Assembly (NCBI RefSeq): GCF_011386835.1
Contig: NC_088793.1
Coordinates: forward strand, 197,346,001 to 197,410,000
Length of the DNA: 64,000 nucleotides
Reading direction: 5' to 3'
From: Chrysemys picta bellii
Taxonomy: Eukaryota
The notes beneath the pieces were generated by a model that was not told the DNA's origin, ran no database searches, and saw nothing but the letters and a program-made list of their open reading frames with translations. Shown here piece after piece: positions 47,494-60,306 of the stretch (position 1 is the stretch's first letter; each line of letters starts with the position of its first letter). The position numbers and the translations under genes were made by a program.

Positions 47494-49764
47494 CGAAAGT
47501 GTAATAATATTTTACCCTTGCGCTATACAGGTGTAAATGTCTGCACAAGGTGGTGAAAAATCAGGCCTATTTCTTCTACATTCTCAAATCATATCTTCCT
47601 TATGTAAAAGTACTAATTCTCAGTCTTCGAAAAGCAGAGGCTCAGTAGAGGAGATAAGAATTAGAGGGGAAAAATGGGTTATTTACTGGTATCTGAACTT
47701 CGCTGGTTGCTTACAGGTTTGTGCACACTTCCCTATAACTGAGGGAGGAGGGGTCTCTGACATTCATGTAATGTGGGGCAAGTCATGTGCTGGTGCATGA
47801 GCTTACCAACCTGCAATTTGAAATTTCAAGGGTCATGTGGCAGCAGTTATGGGGAGCACCCACAGACCAGGGATAGTAGGTAGAGGAGATGACCATATAT
47901 GAGAACTCTGCTTACTGGTAAGTAACTTGATTCATCCCACCACTTTCTCTAAATTTCAGTGAATTCGGTCCTTGTGAAAGAAACCAGACTGACAACGCTG
48001 TGGGCTGAAATAATGTGTCTACGTAATATGTAGAATGCAGGCAGTTGCAGGCCAGTGAGAGAGCTTTCAATATGCATCAAACTTGATCTGAAGGGAACAG
48101 CTTTAGGGCGAAGAGGGATTTGTTGGTCCCTGGCCTCCCTCGGATGGGACGACGGATTAAATAATTGGATGTAGCAATTCTGTAGCACACTCAACAAAAA
48201 TTACACTGAAACCAGACTTGGATAACTCATTTTGGGCCTGGTTCTGAGCCCACTAATGCCAGTCAAGACTCTCTTGGACTACAATGGGAATTGGATCAGT
48301 CCTCTGTGGATAGCTTGACTAGTCAGAGGGTCTTGTGAAAGCCAATTGAATTTCCGCTTCCTTAAGACACAACATTTTTTCACAGCCTTAATTTTTTTCC
48401 CAAAGGACTAGTTCACATGTAAATGTCTTGTTTAGATAGTGTTTACTCATTTAACGTTTCATTTTGGACATCCATTCTCTTTGTTGGGTGGATTTTTCAG
48501 AAGTCATGAAATGGATCAGAACTTGCATATGCAATAAAGTGAATATTTAAAAATCTAAGGATTGGAGCCTTTACGTGGCACTTGCACGTTCCATGATAAA
48601 ACCTTAATGAGCTTGATTTTTCTTTTTTCCCCCTAACAGAGTTTCCCTGGGGTGTCTTTCATTTGTTTGACAAATCTGTTCCATGCAAGTGAATGTTTTA
48701 ACCCAACGTTTTTAATTACAGCCAGAGTGATTGTCCTAATTTCACTGCAGCCTCTTCAGAAAATAGAAGTCTCCTGACTCAGCTTTATGCGGTTACAGTT
48801 GAGAGGCATATACACTTACATTTCATTGGTGTTAGCCAGTGAGGTACATGTAATTTCAAAAGACCAGATCTTCAGCTGGTGTAAATCAGCATAACTCATT
48901 GATTTCACCATGACTACATCAATTGAACATTTGGCCAGTGTATTTGTATGTCGGAAAACTAGCATGTTCATTTGTCTGAATTAGTTTGGAAACGCCACTC
49001 TTTGGCTTAATAAAATCGAGTCAGTGGAACACATACTGCAGGAATCATTATCAATTAAAGCTTTTGGATAATCTGATACGAGGATATCAGATCCTTGTTT
49101 GAGTGTGGACTAGCACCTGCCACTGCCATTGTAATTAAGGTGGTGCAAGGGGACTTTTAAAGCTTACAGCAGCGTTTCATGCTAAGTTAAAGCGTGTCAT
49201 GAAGGTTCCGTTACCAAAGGCAGAATATTTTACTAGATAAAATATAATCCAAAACTTTGTTCGCTACTTCTTCTGGTGTCAAAAACATAGAATTCTCAAA
49301 ATTTCATGCACTTATGCACTTTTATAGTAAACTTCTTCTGAGAAGTGCAGAATTTCCCCTATCCATCTTGGAGGGGTTTTGCCCCATTCTCCGCGTGTAT
49401 TGGGGGTGGGTTCTCACCTTTCCCTCCAGTGCTTCCTCTTCATTCTTTCACAAAGCTAAAGATGGACAATGTAGGCGAAATGGCTGTGCCATTCTCTCAG
49501 TACCTGTCGTTCTGGTTCATGGAAGGAATGGATGTGAAAGCAGAGTGTACCCACAGAGGAAGAGGAAAAGAGGCAGCCTCTGTAGCCTACAGCTGCTAAT
49601 TAGGGATGTAAAATGTTAAATGGTTAACTGATAAGTATTACTCTTACCATTAATATATTGCAGGTAACGTTCAAAACAGATTGGTAAAATAATTTTGTGA
49701 CATTGTAATACCTAATGTGCACATTTAAAACGCCTCAGCACTATCAGGGGGCGCTGGAGTTTGC

Positions 49765-49923
49765 AGCGCTCTCGCAGCTCGGGGCATCACTTCCCGCAGC
49801 TCCCATTGGCTGGGAACGGTGAACCGTGGCCACTGGGAGTGGCAGGCGGCCATGCCTGCGGACGGTCCGTGTAAACAAACTGGCTCACGGCCCGCCAGTA
49901 GATTACCCTGACGGGCTGCGTGC
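49765..49923. mobile_element. hAT-Charlie MITE internal fragment (TIRs lost)
   Basis: ttcccgcagctcccattggctgggaacggtgaaccgtggccactgggag...gtaaacaaactgg...cggcccgccag..gattaccctgacggg. Confidence 0.75.
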
Positions 49924-51299
49924 AGCGCACCACAGCTTTAAAGTATTCCTCCATAGCATTGAGTACTCCTTGTATATAAGAATTAGACAATGCCACTGAC
50001 CAGAGTAGTTTTGCTGTCTAACAGCAGTATGTCAAAACATACTATGGAACTTTTTTAGTGTGCAGTAGCAGCATCCACACAGCATGCTAGTGTGCTTGCT
50101 GTACACTAACTGACTGTTTAGACGAGGCCCAAGTGAACAACAAAATATTCTTAGTGTATTTTTCACAATTTCTACAACTTAGTTAAAAGTTCTAATCTCT
50201 CTTATTCTTTAGCATTTCTTTATGCGTTTCTAATTTAAAGTTAAAAATCTGTTTAATTTCACTACATTTAGTGGATGAAGAAACTAGGAACTGACCTAAA
50301 ATATATTTCCACATCTTTGAGATTGTATGTGCATGCTAAATGATTAGATGATACAGGGTTTGAGAAATTATACTCCTTTGCATGTGAGCTAATCTTAAAT
50401 GTGTTCATAAGTGGAGCTGTTTCTGTTGAAGTTGACTATAACTGATTTATTCCTCAGCTGGGCATGGAGTACTGACTGATTGGCCAACTGTCACCCGGAG
50501 TGTTCTGACCGCAGGCACAAGTAATTATCAGATGTTCACTTTGTTCCCCCTGTTAACTTCTTCTTTCCAGTATAAAATGCCATTCCTTTCCTAAATATCT
50601 GTTTTAAAAAAAAACTGACTTTGAACATGGTTGAAAATGTTTATTAGTACTAGAGGATGGCAGAAGGTCCTGTTCTTCATCTGCAAATTTTTGTTGGCTG
50701 TTAAGCTTTTTTCCAGTTATATTGAAACAAGCCACTTTTCTGAAGAATTGCCATCTGCTTGATCTGAGTAACATTGGGTTTGAGTCATATGTACACAATA
50801 GTCTTTGTTCAGGCCCACTGCTTTTGAAAAACAAAAGCCCTAAATTGCATGATTTTGTTGGATTTGATTGACAGTACGATTTAGTTTTAAAGATATTTTA
50901 ACTAACTTAATTGTATGTTAGTATTTTCCTTTTTTCTAATTGTGATTTAGGGAGTTTAGGAAATATATACTTGTGCCTGCAGTCAGAACACTCTGGGTGA
51001 CATATTACTAATCTTCAGAAGTAGCTTTTTAGTAGCCATCACGTCAGCCCGTAGGGTCTTGGACATTGGTGCTTTGATGGCAGATCCTGCCTTTCACAGT
51101 ATTCTGGATGTATTATCACTTACGATGCTGCAGTCATTCAGCCCCTACCTCTCCCCTCCCCCCCCCCAAAGAATGATAGTGCATTTGACCAGATCACAGG
51201 TAACATCTACGACATAATTTAAGAATGTGCTAGTATATGAGCTATGGAGGGCCACTACGTAGCCTTCAATACATACTTTTTAGAAACACTATACCGCAT

Positions 51300-52239
51300 C
51301 CCATGCTGCTAGATCCAGTGTGGCACTTGGTTCAGCAGTGCTATCTTCAGATCTGGACTGGATTCCAAAGCTCCTTCCTCCCTTTGGGGATACTGCTTGG
51401 AAGTCATCCTTCTGCTTGAGATTCATAGCCATGAATTCTTTTCTGCAGTTAGATGCCTAAGCCCAGTCAGCCATTTTTCAAGAAACAGAGGAGAATGAGG
51501 AGACCCCTTACAGCCTTTAGCGCAGTGGGTAGAGTACTCATCCAGGAGGTGGGAGAGCTGGGTTCCATCCCCCTCTGCTACATGTGGAGCAGGGACTTGA
51601 ACCATAGTCTCCTGCTTCCCAGGAGTGCCCTTACCATTGGGCTATGGGTGCTCCTGGGACAGATTTCTCTTAATCTCTCCTGTTGTTGAAATAGTTCTAG
51701 TGTTTTATAAGTAATCACATATTCATGGGGCTAGGAAAGTGAGAATGACTCTACAGGTCAGTGGTTAGGGCACTTGCCTGGGAGATGAGAGAGAGAAATT
51801 CAAGTCCCTGCTTCACATCAGGAAGAGGGTGTTATTGAATCAGTCTTCTACATCTCAGGTGAGTGTTGTAACCACTGGGCTAAAGGTTATAAAGGGAGAG
51901 CAATCATTTTTGTGTGGGTTTAGGTATGCTCAGAGCACACACCTACAGGATTGGGTCTTGAAGGCCAGATAGACAGGGGACTGTTTAGTTTGGGTTCCCC
52001 CCATGGCTTAGAGCTACTGGACAATGTCAAGATGTAAGGACTTGGGCAGCTGAGAGTGTTTCCAGCCACTGAAATGTAGGCATCTTGGGGACTTAGGGAT
52101 TCTAAGCACGTTACAGAGTTAGATGGTAACTGAACAGGGGGGGTTGTGAATGACAGTGGTGCCTAAATGGTTAGTGGTGCCTAAATGTTGGCCTTAAAGT
52201 GATAATTTGGTGGCTAAATCCACCTTGTGAATCCCACCC
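51300..52239. mobile_element. Old repeat containing two inverted pairs of tRNA-like (A/B box) units; right end TTGTGAATCCCACCC followed by TTA
   Basis: Inverted units at 51518-51644 and about 51755-51882; GGTGCCTAA-type subterminal repeats; left boundary uncertain. Confidence 0.55.
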
Positions 52240-52834
52240 TTAATGTTCTTTTTAACATAGAAACTCAGAAGTTAATGGCAGAACCAAAATTCCTGTGCAA
52301 CCTTATTTTGGCCCCATTGTGCCTACATAGTGTGATAATCTTTAGTCACATGATCACTTTTATCGTGCATGACCCTGCCTGGCTCAGTGCAGAGGATGAA
52401 TGATGCTCTGGTAAAGAATCAAGGTTTTGCAGTGAAAGGGGCCATTTGTAGAACCTCTGCTTCATTTACTTAAGATGTTGGGAAGGTGTGTAGTGATTGA
52501 GTCAGGGACTGCAGGAAGAGAGACTTTCCTCTCCCCCTTGTGGGTTCCAGGACCAGCTGCTCCAAGACGAAGTCATTAATAGTGACTAGAAATTTCATCT
52601 CTGCATCCTGAGGTGACATGTACCCAGACAATATGGGGATAGTTGAAATCCGCCATTATTTTGGGGTTTTCTGTTTTTGTAGCCTCTATAATCTTCCTGA
52701 GTGTTTCACAATCATCACCACCATCCTGGGCAGGTGCTCGGAAGTATATTCCTACTGTTTATACTCTTATTATTCAAGCATGAAATTTCTATCCATAGAA
52801 ACTCTGATATGATCTGTCTATGATTCTGTGATGA

Positions 52835-53125
52835 TCCTGGCTTCTGGCAGTCAGAGGTTTAGTGTCACCCTGAGCATAGGGTTACGTCCCGGACTATCTT
52901 GGCTAATAGCCATTGATGGACCTATCCTCTGTGACCTTATCTAGATCTTTTTTGAACCCAGTTATACTTTTGGCTATCACAACATCTCATGACAATGAGT
53001 TTCACAGGTTATTGTGCATTATGTGAAAAAGTATATCCTCTTGTTTGTATTAAACCTGCTGCCTATTAATTTCAGTGGGTGACTCCGGGTTTTTTGTATC
53101 ATGGGAAAGGGTAAATAACACTAAC
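52835..53125 (-). mobile_element. CR1 3' fragment
   Basis: ggcagtcagagg...ggctaatagccattgatggacctatcctc...ttttgaacccagttatacttttgg...aaacctgctgcctattaattt. Confidence 0.8.
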
Positions 53126-54359
53126 CTCGTTCTTGAAATACAGCTGAACCATTTTGGCCAAAACCTTCCAGAAAAAATCAGCCTGAAGGAATCACTCAGC
53201 ATGTGACTAGAAATTGTATTCATTGTAAATTGCTTTAGGTAAGTTAATTATTTGGGTTTTCACTCCGGGTGACTGTATGTTAGTGGATTACTTAAGCTTT
53301 GACATAACTGAAACATAACATAGCACTCCTTTTAACTAAAAATTCTTTTTCTCTAGCTGTATTTAGTGAAGGAGAGAAAGTCGTAAAATTTTAATGTTTT
53401 CTCATTGAGGCAAAGTATTGGAATATGGTGGAATATTCAGCTTCCTTTGGGGCCCAGGTTGCTTTGTAGTTTTGTGGTGTCGTTTTCTGGGGGGATGGTG
53501 GAGAGCGGTTTCCTGTATCTGGAGTTAATGCAAGTACAGAAGAAGTTGAAATAGTTCTTTTTGATACTTGGTTAATTGATCTGGTTAAGTAGCAATTCAA
53601 TTTGGTTTCCTTCTAATTTGTAACAAAATCAAATTTCAAAACCTCAAAAGTTACTGTGACTGGAGTTGTCATCCTGTAGTCAATTTTACTATAAAACACC
53701 AAGATAGAGACCTACAGTTGCTAACACCAGGCTGTGACATTCAATAGTAGGGTACACTTACAAATATACATAGTAGGAAGATTAATAATAATTAAAAATA
53801 ACGTTTTTTTTTCTTATTCCTCTTCGAGTGTCTGAAAACTTAGGTTCCTAAGAAAAGGCACTAGAAATTTGGAACCTGGTATGTGTATTATGTGAGTCAT
53901 TTTACTTAGTTACTGGAGTTAATAGCCATAGTGTGTGATATTTTACATCCAGCATTTAAGTTCGTAAGCTATTTACATGCAAAAAATTGAAGTGGGAATT
54001 CTAATTTTGTATATTTGAAGAGACTTGTTTTTTCCTAATCTCTCATTTTTAAGTAGAGAAAAATGAATGAACTCTATGGAGAATCTTCCATGGAAGACCC
54101 TCCATTCTAGCTTTCACTTTCTCCTTAACTTCTAAAAAGATAAATTACCGGTACAGTGTGACTGTAGTCCTAGCTGTCAGCTCCACTGGAGGAGCATGGG
54201 TAGTGACTGCCACTGTGATGCTGCAGACTTGAGCTTTGGAAAAAAATTATAGCAGGTAGCGTTGAATTCCTCACTTGCTCTTAAGTGTTTTGTTTTTGTT
54301 ACAGAAGCTGAGGGGTGATGAGTGAGTAGAAAGGAGGAAGAGTGTCAGTTGCAGTCAGA

Positions 54360-54605
54360 GAAGAAGGATGGTCCTGGATAAGAAGGGCCCTAGCCTGGCA
54401 ATCTAGAGACCTGGGTCAATTCTCTGTTCTGCTATAGATTTCTGTGGTGGCCTGGGGCAAGTCACTTAGTCTTTGGCTCAGTTCCTCATCTGAAAAATGG
54501 AAGTGGGGAAGTACTATCTCCTGGGGTGTTGTGAGGATAAATTACATTAGATTGTGAGGTGCTCAAATACTATGGTGATGAGGGCCAGATAAGTACCTGA
54601 GATAG
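54360..54605 (+). mobile_element. tRNA-derived CORE/MIR-like SINE
   Basis: Decayed tRNA head, core gggcaagtcactt...ctcagttcctcatctg.aaaatgg, tail gtgaggtgctcaaatactatggtgatgagggcc. Confidence 0.8.
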
Positions 54606-55694
54606 GTGGTGGTTCTAGGAGTAATATTGGATGTGTTTGGTGCCAATTTCAGGTGCTGGTTCAGAAATAATAATGTGGGTGGAAGAAAGAAGCTGCCTGT
54701 TACTGGGTAGGAGAAGAGGGGTGAGCTTCCCTTTTTCCCCTCAAGAGTACCAGCTGCGGGGGTGAGCTGTGTTACACCACTTTGAGGTGTTGCTGAGTTC
54801 ATATCACAGTGGTATGTGAAGATTGCAAGCAAAAATATATAACTAAAGTACTATGTAACATACGCATATTCTTTGAGTGGTAAAAATTCTGGTTAATAGA
54901 TTAAGCCATAACTTTTTTTCTTTGTCCCACAGCATGAGCTTTTAAATTAGTAGACTTTTGGAACTGGGAACGCTCAAGGGATTGATAATTGGGTAAAGAG
55001 CAGCTTTTTGGGGGTGTAGGAGGGGCAATCCTGCAAACAAGTACATGGGTAACTTTACTCACATGAGTAGCTTCATTGAATTCAGTGGAACTGTTCACCA
55101 GGGTGATTGTGTGCAGGATTGAGTTTTTATAACAACTTAAATGTATGCCATGGAGCTAGTGACACAGAATACCCATAAATGAGTTAATAGTAGAATTGAG
55201 CATAATTTTTTCCATGATTAAATTATTTGCTAAAAAATACAGTTCTGGTTGACCTGAAACTATTTGTGAATTGGTCAAGTTCACCAAATAGTTTTGACAA
55301 TATCAAAAAATGAACACATTTGGTAGCGTTGACATGAAACTTCATTTTGGCATTACTGAAACATTTTTGGGCTGGTGTAACAAAATGCGGAGCTGGTGAG
55401 AGTGCCACCCTTCTTATAACTTTTGTTTCAGTGGCTCGAGAGTCATTCTCCATCTCTTTCCTTGATTCAGTGACTATTCATGAGTAAGTGAATTGCCACT
55501 TTGAATGAAAATTTACAACATTACAGACCAGGTACACCATGGACAGCAATAAAGAAGCTTTTTCTTGTTGGATTGCCTGTTAGTTATCAGATTTTGAGCA
55601 TTGCTTTTGCATACTTTTAAAGAAATATAATTTAATTTTAGCCCTCTGTTAGTATACTATTTTTAGTAGTTGCTTCTATTTGTATGTCCTGCAG

Positions 55695-55814
55695 GAGAAT
55701 GATTCAGGAACATTGGATACAGTTGGTGCAGTCGTTGTTGACCAAGAAGGAAATGTTGCTGCTGCTGTCTCCAGTGGAGGTTTAGCTTTGAAGCATCCTG
55801 GAAGAGTTGGTCAG
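55695..55814 (+). CDS. TASP1: Taspase 1 exon 9: ENDSGTLD|TVGAVVVDQEGNVAAAVSSGGLALKHPGRVGQ
   Basis: 120 nt, ctgcAG|...CAG|gtgagt; Ntn-hydrolase D|TVGAV and SSGG...GRVG motifs. Confidence 0.99.
55716..55721 (+). other. TASP1: Autoproteolysis site Asp|Thr; Thr is the catalytic nucleophile (D231/T232 counting from ATG 7467; human D233/T234)
   Basis: Codons GAT ACA within TLDTVGA; numbering from the spliced exon lengths (669 nt before exon 9). Confidence 0.93.
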
Positions 55815-56860
55815 GTGAGTATGTATTTTCAACTGGGAACAATTACTTAGTATTACCAGGGAATGGCTTACATATTTAATAAACAGTGCATCTGTAAACT
55901 AGGCAAGAGCCAAGTGATAGTGAATTGATGCCTTAGCGTTCAAATCTGAAGTCCTGGATTCAGTTCTTGATTACTCTGTATGGGGAAATGAGTTTTGTCT
56001 AGTCTAGAGGATCTTTATCAGTGTTGCAAAACTTCTAATTTGGCATGCTTTCTGGTTATTACATAAAACTGGAATAACGGTTGTGTTGTAGGTCACACTT
56101 GGGATGCATTGATAGAGAAAGCTAGAGCCTGTTCTTGGTATGCTTAGCTTTTGCTAGTGCTAGTATCTCACTTTTGCCGCTCATTAAATACCCCACAAAG
56201 CTTAAAAGAAAAAGTGCCACTCTGATACCTTTTAGATAAATTTACTAGTTCTATACGTTTTTGATGTGAGGAGAATGTGTCCATTTTCAAATTCAGTGAT
56301 GCTCTTTTGTTGTGCTAGAATCTTTTGAAGGAGGTGATAAAGATATGATACTATAAGAACACACAGCATAGATAGGCCTATCAACATGGAGTAACAATTT
56401 TGAGACGCTTCAAGAGTCTGTATGCGCTAGAGCTTATGTACAACTGGTTAGTCCACTGTTTGGCATCCTCCCACGGGTAACTCACTTTTGGACTGACCTT
56501 AAGATTCTTTAGCTACAGTATTTTAAAGGGTTCTTTTAAATGTGTAGCTAAAAGCATTTATGTTGTAATGTTTTAAACATAAAACATGCTTTAAAGAATT
56601 CCTATGGTAATAGGGCCCATTCCAGCTCGTGTTGAAATGAATGTGAGTTTTACCATTGCAGTAAGATTGAGCCCTTCATCCCTACCTAGGGAGATAAGAG
56701 CACCTCCAAGGCACTCCTCTTCAGGATTAACTGTTGGAGGATGTAGCAAAATGTACTGGAGTAGCTATTTTGAATCTTATTCCTTTATCCTATGTAATAA
56801 TCTCCCTTTTCCCCAAAAACTGAGTACTTGAATTTATCAAAGATCCTTTTATCTTCTCAG

Positions 56861-56939
56861 GCAGCTCTTTATGGATGTGGCTGCTGGGCTGAAAATATTG
56901 GAGTTCATAACCCTTATTCCACAGCTGTGAGTACTTCAG
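56861..56939 (+). CDS. TASP1: Taspase 1 exon 10: AALYGCGCWAENIGVHNPYSTAVSTS(G); the gene continues beyond the window
   Basis: 79 nt, ttctcAG|...G|gtattt; matches taspase 1. No exon 11 (GCGEHLVR...) found up to 64000. Confidence 0.97.
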
Positions 56940-58611
56940 GTATTTGCTACTTTTGTAAATATTTTGAACTGTTGTTCAACTTTCTTTCATTTTAAAAATT
57001 CAAAACAAGTTATTTAATATATAGTGAATTAAAATCTTAAGACTCATGTGGTAGCATACCAGAAAGTGTGTTCTTCAAGCCAGTGAATTCAGTGTCATTA
57101 ACTACTAAAGAGCCTTTGTTAACATGTTTATGGAGGTTTCAGACAAACTTATTCAGAGTCTGTGTGTGTTATCCTTAAACAATCCATTTATGGCTGCTCA
57201 CCTTCTATCTATATTTCAATCCATCAGTAACAATTTGTTGTGCCATCTGGTAGTCAGCCCCTTCCGGCTGCCCTTTTCTTTAATGAGATTTTCTATCCTG
57301 GTTAATCATCTCCTGAAACTTAGGCTTCCTACATGGGTTTTGAGGTGTGTTAGATGCACATAGTCCCCCCAATAATATTTTAGTAAATTTGGTATTGCCA
57401 ATTCCCCTTCCAGCATGGATATATGTTTATTGTCTAATACTAATGTAACTCCTGTTTGAATTTCCTTATTCTTCTTGATGATATTGATAGGACCTGAAGT
57501 AGGAAACCTTTTTGGCAACAGTTCTTTACTGTTGCTATGTGATCAAGACAAATGTAGTGTTTTCCAATCCAACAAACTTTTCAGTTTCAAAATAATGGGA
57601 GGAAAGTTCATTTCATGTAGCTGATTTGAAGTTAGGAGAAATATTGACTCCTAAATACTTCAGAATTTGTGTAATTTAAGCAAACAATGTATTGTGCAGC
57701 TATTGAACCTTAGATCTTTCCATCCTTAGATCTAATTTCAGATTTAATATAATTGTATAGGCTAATATACCTCTGAATTAATTATCTTGAGAATGTGTCA
57801 TAGATTGCACTGGGTTGGTAATGATTTGTATTGCACAGTCTTCATACAGCACAACAGTAAGTTGAGTTTTTTATTCATTTTAACTTGCTCTTCTGGCTTA
57901 CGTTTTGAGCCGGGGTTAAATAAAGAGAGCAAACAACAAAAGGAATAGAGGACAACCTTATTTGGTTCCTCTGGTAATTGAAATTCTTGGGCATATACCC
58001 CCATTCACTCTTGTTTTATCTAAGGGAGAGTCATATTTATCCATGGTTTGTTTGGTTTTTTTTATATTGACTTCAAAACCCATTTCCAATAGCATTGTTT
58101 TTTAGGAAAGGCTACTCTACTTTATCAAATGCCATTTCCGTGCCTAAGAATAGCACAGGCATTCAGTTTTTTGTTCCCTATATTATTAAACAATCCTGAT
58201 ATTCTAATGTTGTTCGGTTGTCTATTGCATGTGGAACCTATTTAACTAATTTGTATTAACTGAGGAAGGACTGCTTCTATTCTGGCAAGAGACTTTGAAA
58301 ACATGTTCATGTCTATATTAAGAAGCAAGATTGGCCTTAACAAGCCACATAGCAGCTTGTCTTTCTGTGGCTTTAGAATTATATCATCTGCCCTTTTCAT
58401 TGTATTGGGGAATCTCCTTATTCTCTACAAAAGCATTGTATCTGGTTTGTCTGCAGTGATGTGACTTCACCTGATGAAACTCTGCTGAAAACCTGTTTGG
58501 TCCTGGGGATTGGTGTTGGCATTAATTTAATCAAATGTGTAGCTTTCTCTGTCTCTACTGATCTTTCCAATCTGTTAACTGTTGCTGAGTTAACTTTGGA
58601 ATGTTAACCTC

Positions 58612-58615
<4 letters not shown>

Positions 58616-58684
<69 letters not shown>

Positions 58685-58696
58685 TATACACATATA
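58616..58696. repeat. (TA)n microsatellite with a TACA-variant end
   Basis: Direct reading; lies inside the L1 remnant. Confidence 0.95.
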
Positions 58697-58988
58697 CAAT
58701 AATTTTTCCTGTGGGCTTGTCATGGTTTGAAGACATAAAGAACTATATAGAACCTCCTCAGTTCTTCAGTAATCTCTCAGGTCTTAAAACTTACTACTCC
58801 TTTGGCATTTTTTAATTTTGCCTTCTCTTGTCTTAATTTATAAGCAGCTTATTAGCCTTCGTCTCCCGCACCCTTTATAATACCTGTTTTCAGCCAACTT
58901 GAGAGTCTCTTCAGTTTTCTCTATAAGTATGGCAGTTAGTTGCCCTCAGAGTCAGAGGTGTATAAATATGCTTCTAGACTCTTTTATG

Positions 58989-60264
58989 TAGGGTTACCAT
59001 CCGTCCGTATTTCCCCGGACATGTCCGGCTTTTCCGTCTCTAAATAGCCGTCCGGGAGGAATTGGTAACAAGGTTAAAAGATCTGGGATTTTTCCCCTCC
59101 CCTCCCTCCCTTCCATGCACAGTGTGGCTGCTGATTGGGCAGCTGGGCCTGATTGAGCTGCTCCCGTTGGCCTCCAGCAGCCAGAGCCCTCCTCTGCTCC
59201 CCCCTGCTGCCTGCAGCGTGTTTTGCCTACACGTGGTACATGGGCATGGTAAGGGGAGTCCCGGGGGGCAGTCAGGAAGCAGGGGGAGGGTTGGATGGGT
59301 CCCCGGCCTCCACCTGCCACCCCCCGTCCGCGCATCCCCGCATGAGTCATCCCTCCTCCCTGCCTCCCTTTCCCTTGCCTGCTTCTACTACCAGAACCGG
59401 CAGCAACTGCTGTCTGCTGCCCCCGGGTCCTAGTGCCCCCCATCCACTAATGGCAAGACAGGCTGCCCTTACCCTGCCCTTCCACCCTAGCCCCGAGCCT
59501 CTCCAGCTCCCCAAACCCCTCATCCTCGGCCCTCATCCCCCCCCGCACCCTAATCCTCTGCCCCAGCCCTGAGCCTCCTCCTGCATCATGAATCCCTCAT
59601 CCCCAGCCCCAGCCAGAGCCCTCATCCCCCCGCACCCTAATCCTCTGCCCCAACCCAGAGCCCCCTCCTGCATCATGAACCCCTCATCCTCAGCCCCACA
59701 GCCCTCACCCTTGCACCCCCTCCTATCCCCAAACTCCCTCCCAAACCCCCTCCCCCTTCCCACACACCCCCTCCTGTCCTCAAACTCCCTCCCAAAGCCT
59801 GCACCCCCTCCCACCCCCAAACTCCATCCCAGAGTCTGCACCCCTCACCCCCTCCTGCATACCCCCACCCTGCCCCAGCCTGGAGCCTGCACCCAGCACC
59901 CAAACTCTATCCCAGAGCCTGCACCCTGCACCCCTCTTGCACCCTAATCCCCAGCCCAGGACCTGCACCCCAGACTTCCTCCCCCCACCCAACCCCCCTC
60001 CCAGAGCCGTAGGCAGGTGGGGGGCGGGCGGGTTCTGGGCACCACCAAAATTTCTACAACCCTGCCACCCATGTGAGTGGATAAGGGTTGGGGCAGTCAG
60101 GGGACAGGTAGGGTCCTGGGGGGGCAGTTAGGGTGGGGGGTTCTCTGAGGGGGGCAGTCAGGGGGTGGAAAGTGGGAGGGAGTGGATGGGGCGGGGCAAG
60201 GGCGGGGCTCTCCTCCCCCCCCCCATGTCATCTTTTTTTTTATTGTGGAAATATGGTAACCCTA
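58989..60264. mobile_element. Composite hAT MITE, same TIR family as 8220-9029
   Basis: TIRs TAGGGTTACCAT / ATGGTAACCCTA; flanks cTTTTATG / TTTTATGc (7-bp direct repeat); C-rich tandem interior; internal end of another MITE at about 60073. Confidence 0.88.
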
Positions 60265-60306
60265 TTTTATGCAAAACTTGCAGCCTGTCAGTCTCTTTAA
60301 TTTAAT

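Noticed and set aside
55692-55697. CAG-GAG tandem acceptor at exon 9
   Set aside because: A distal GAG is a very weak NAGNAG partner; no further support.
56924-56932. Internal GCT|GTGAGT donor in exon 10
   Set aside because: Poor exonic positions and use would frameshift; the GTG AGT codons are explained by the conserved V-S residues.
58994-60131. Cluster of Pro- or Gly-rich ORFs
   Set aside because: C-rich tandem interior of the composite hAT MITE.
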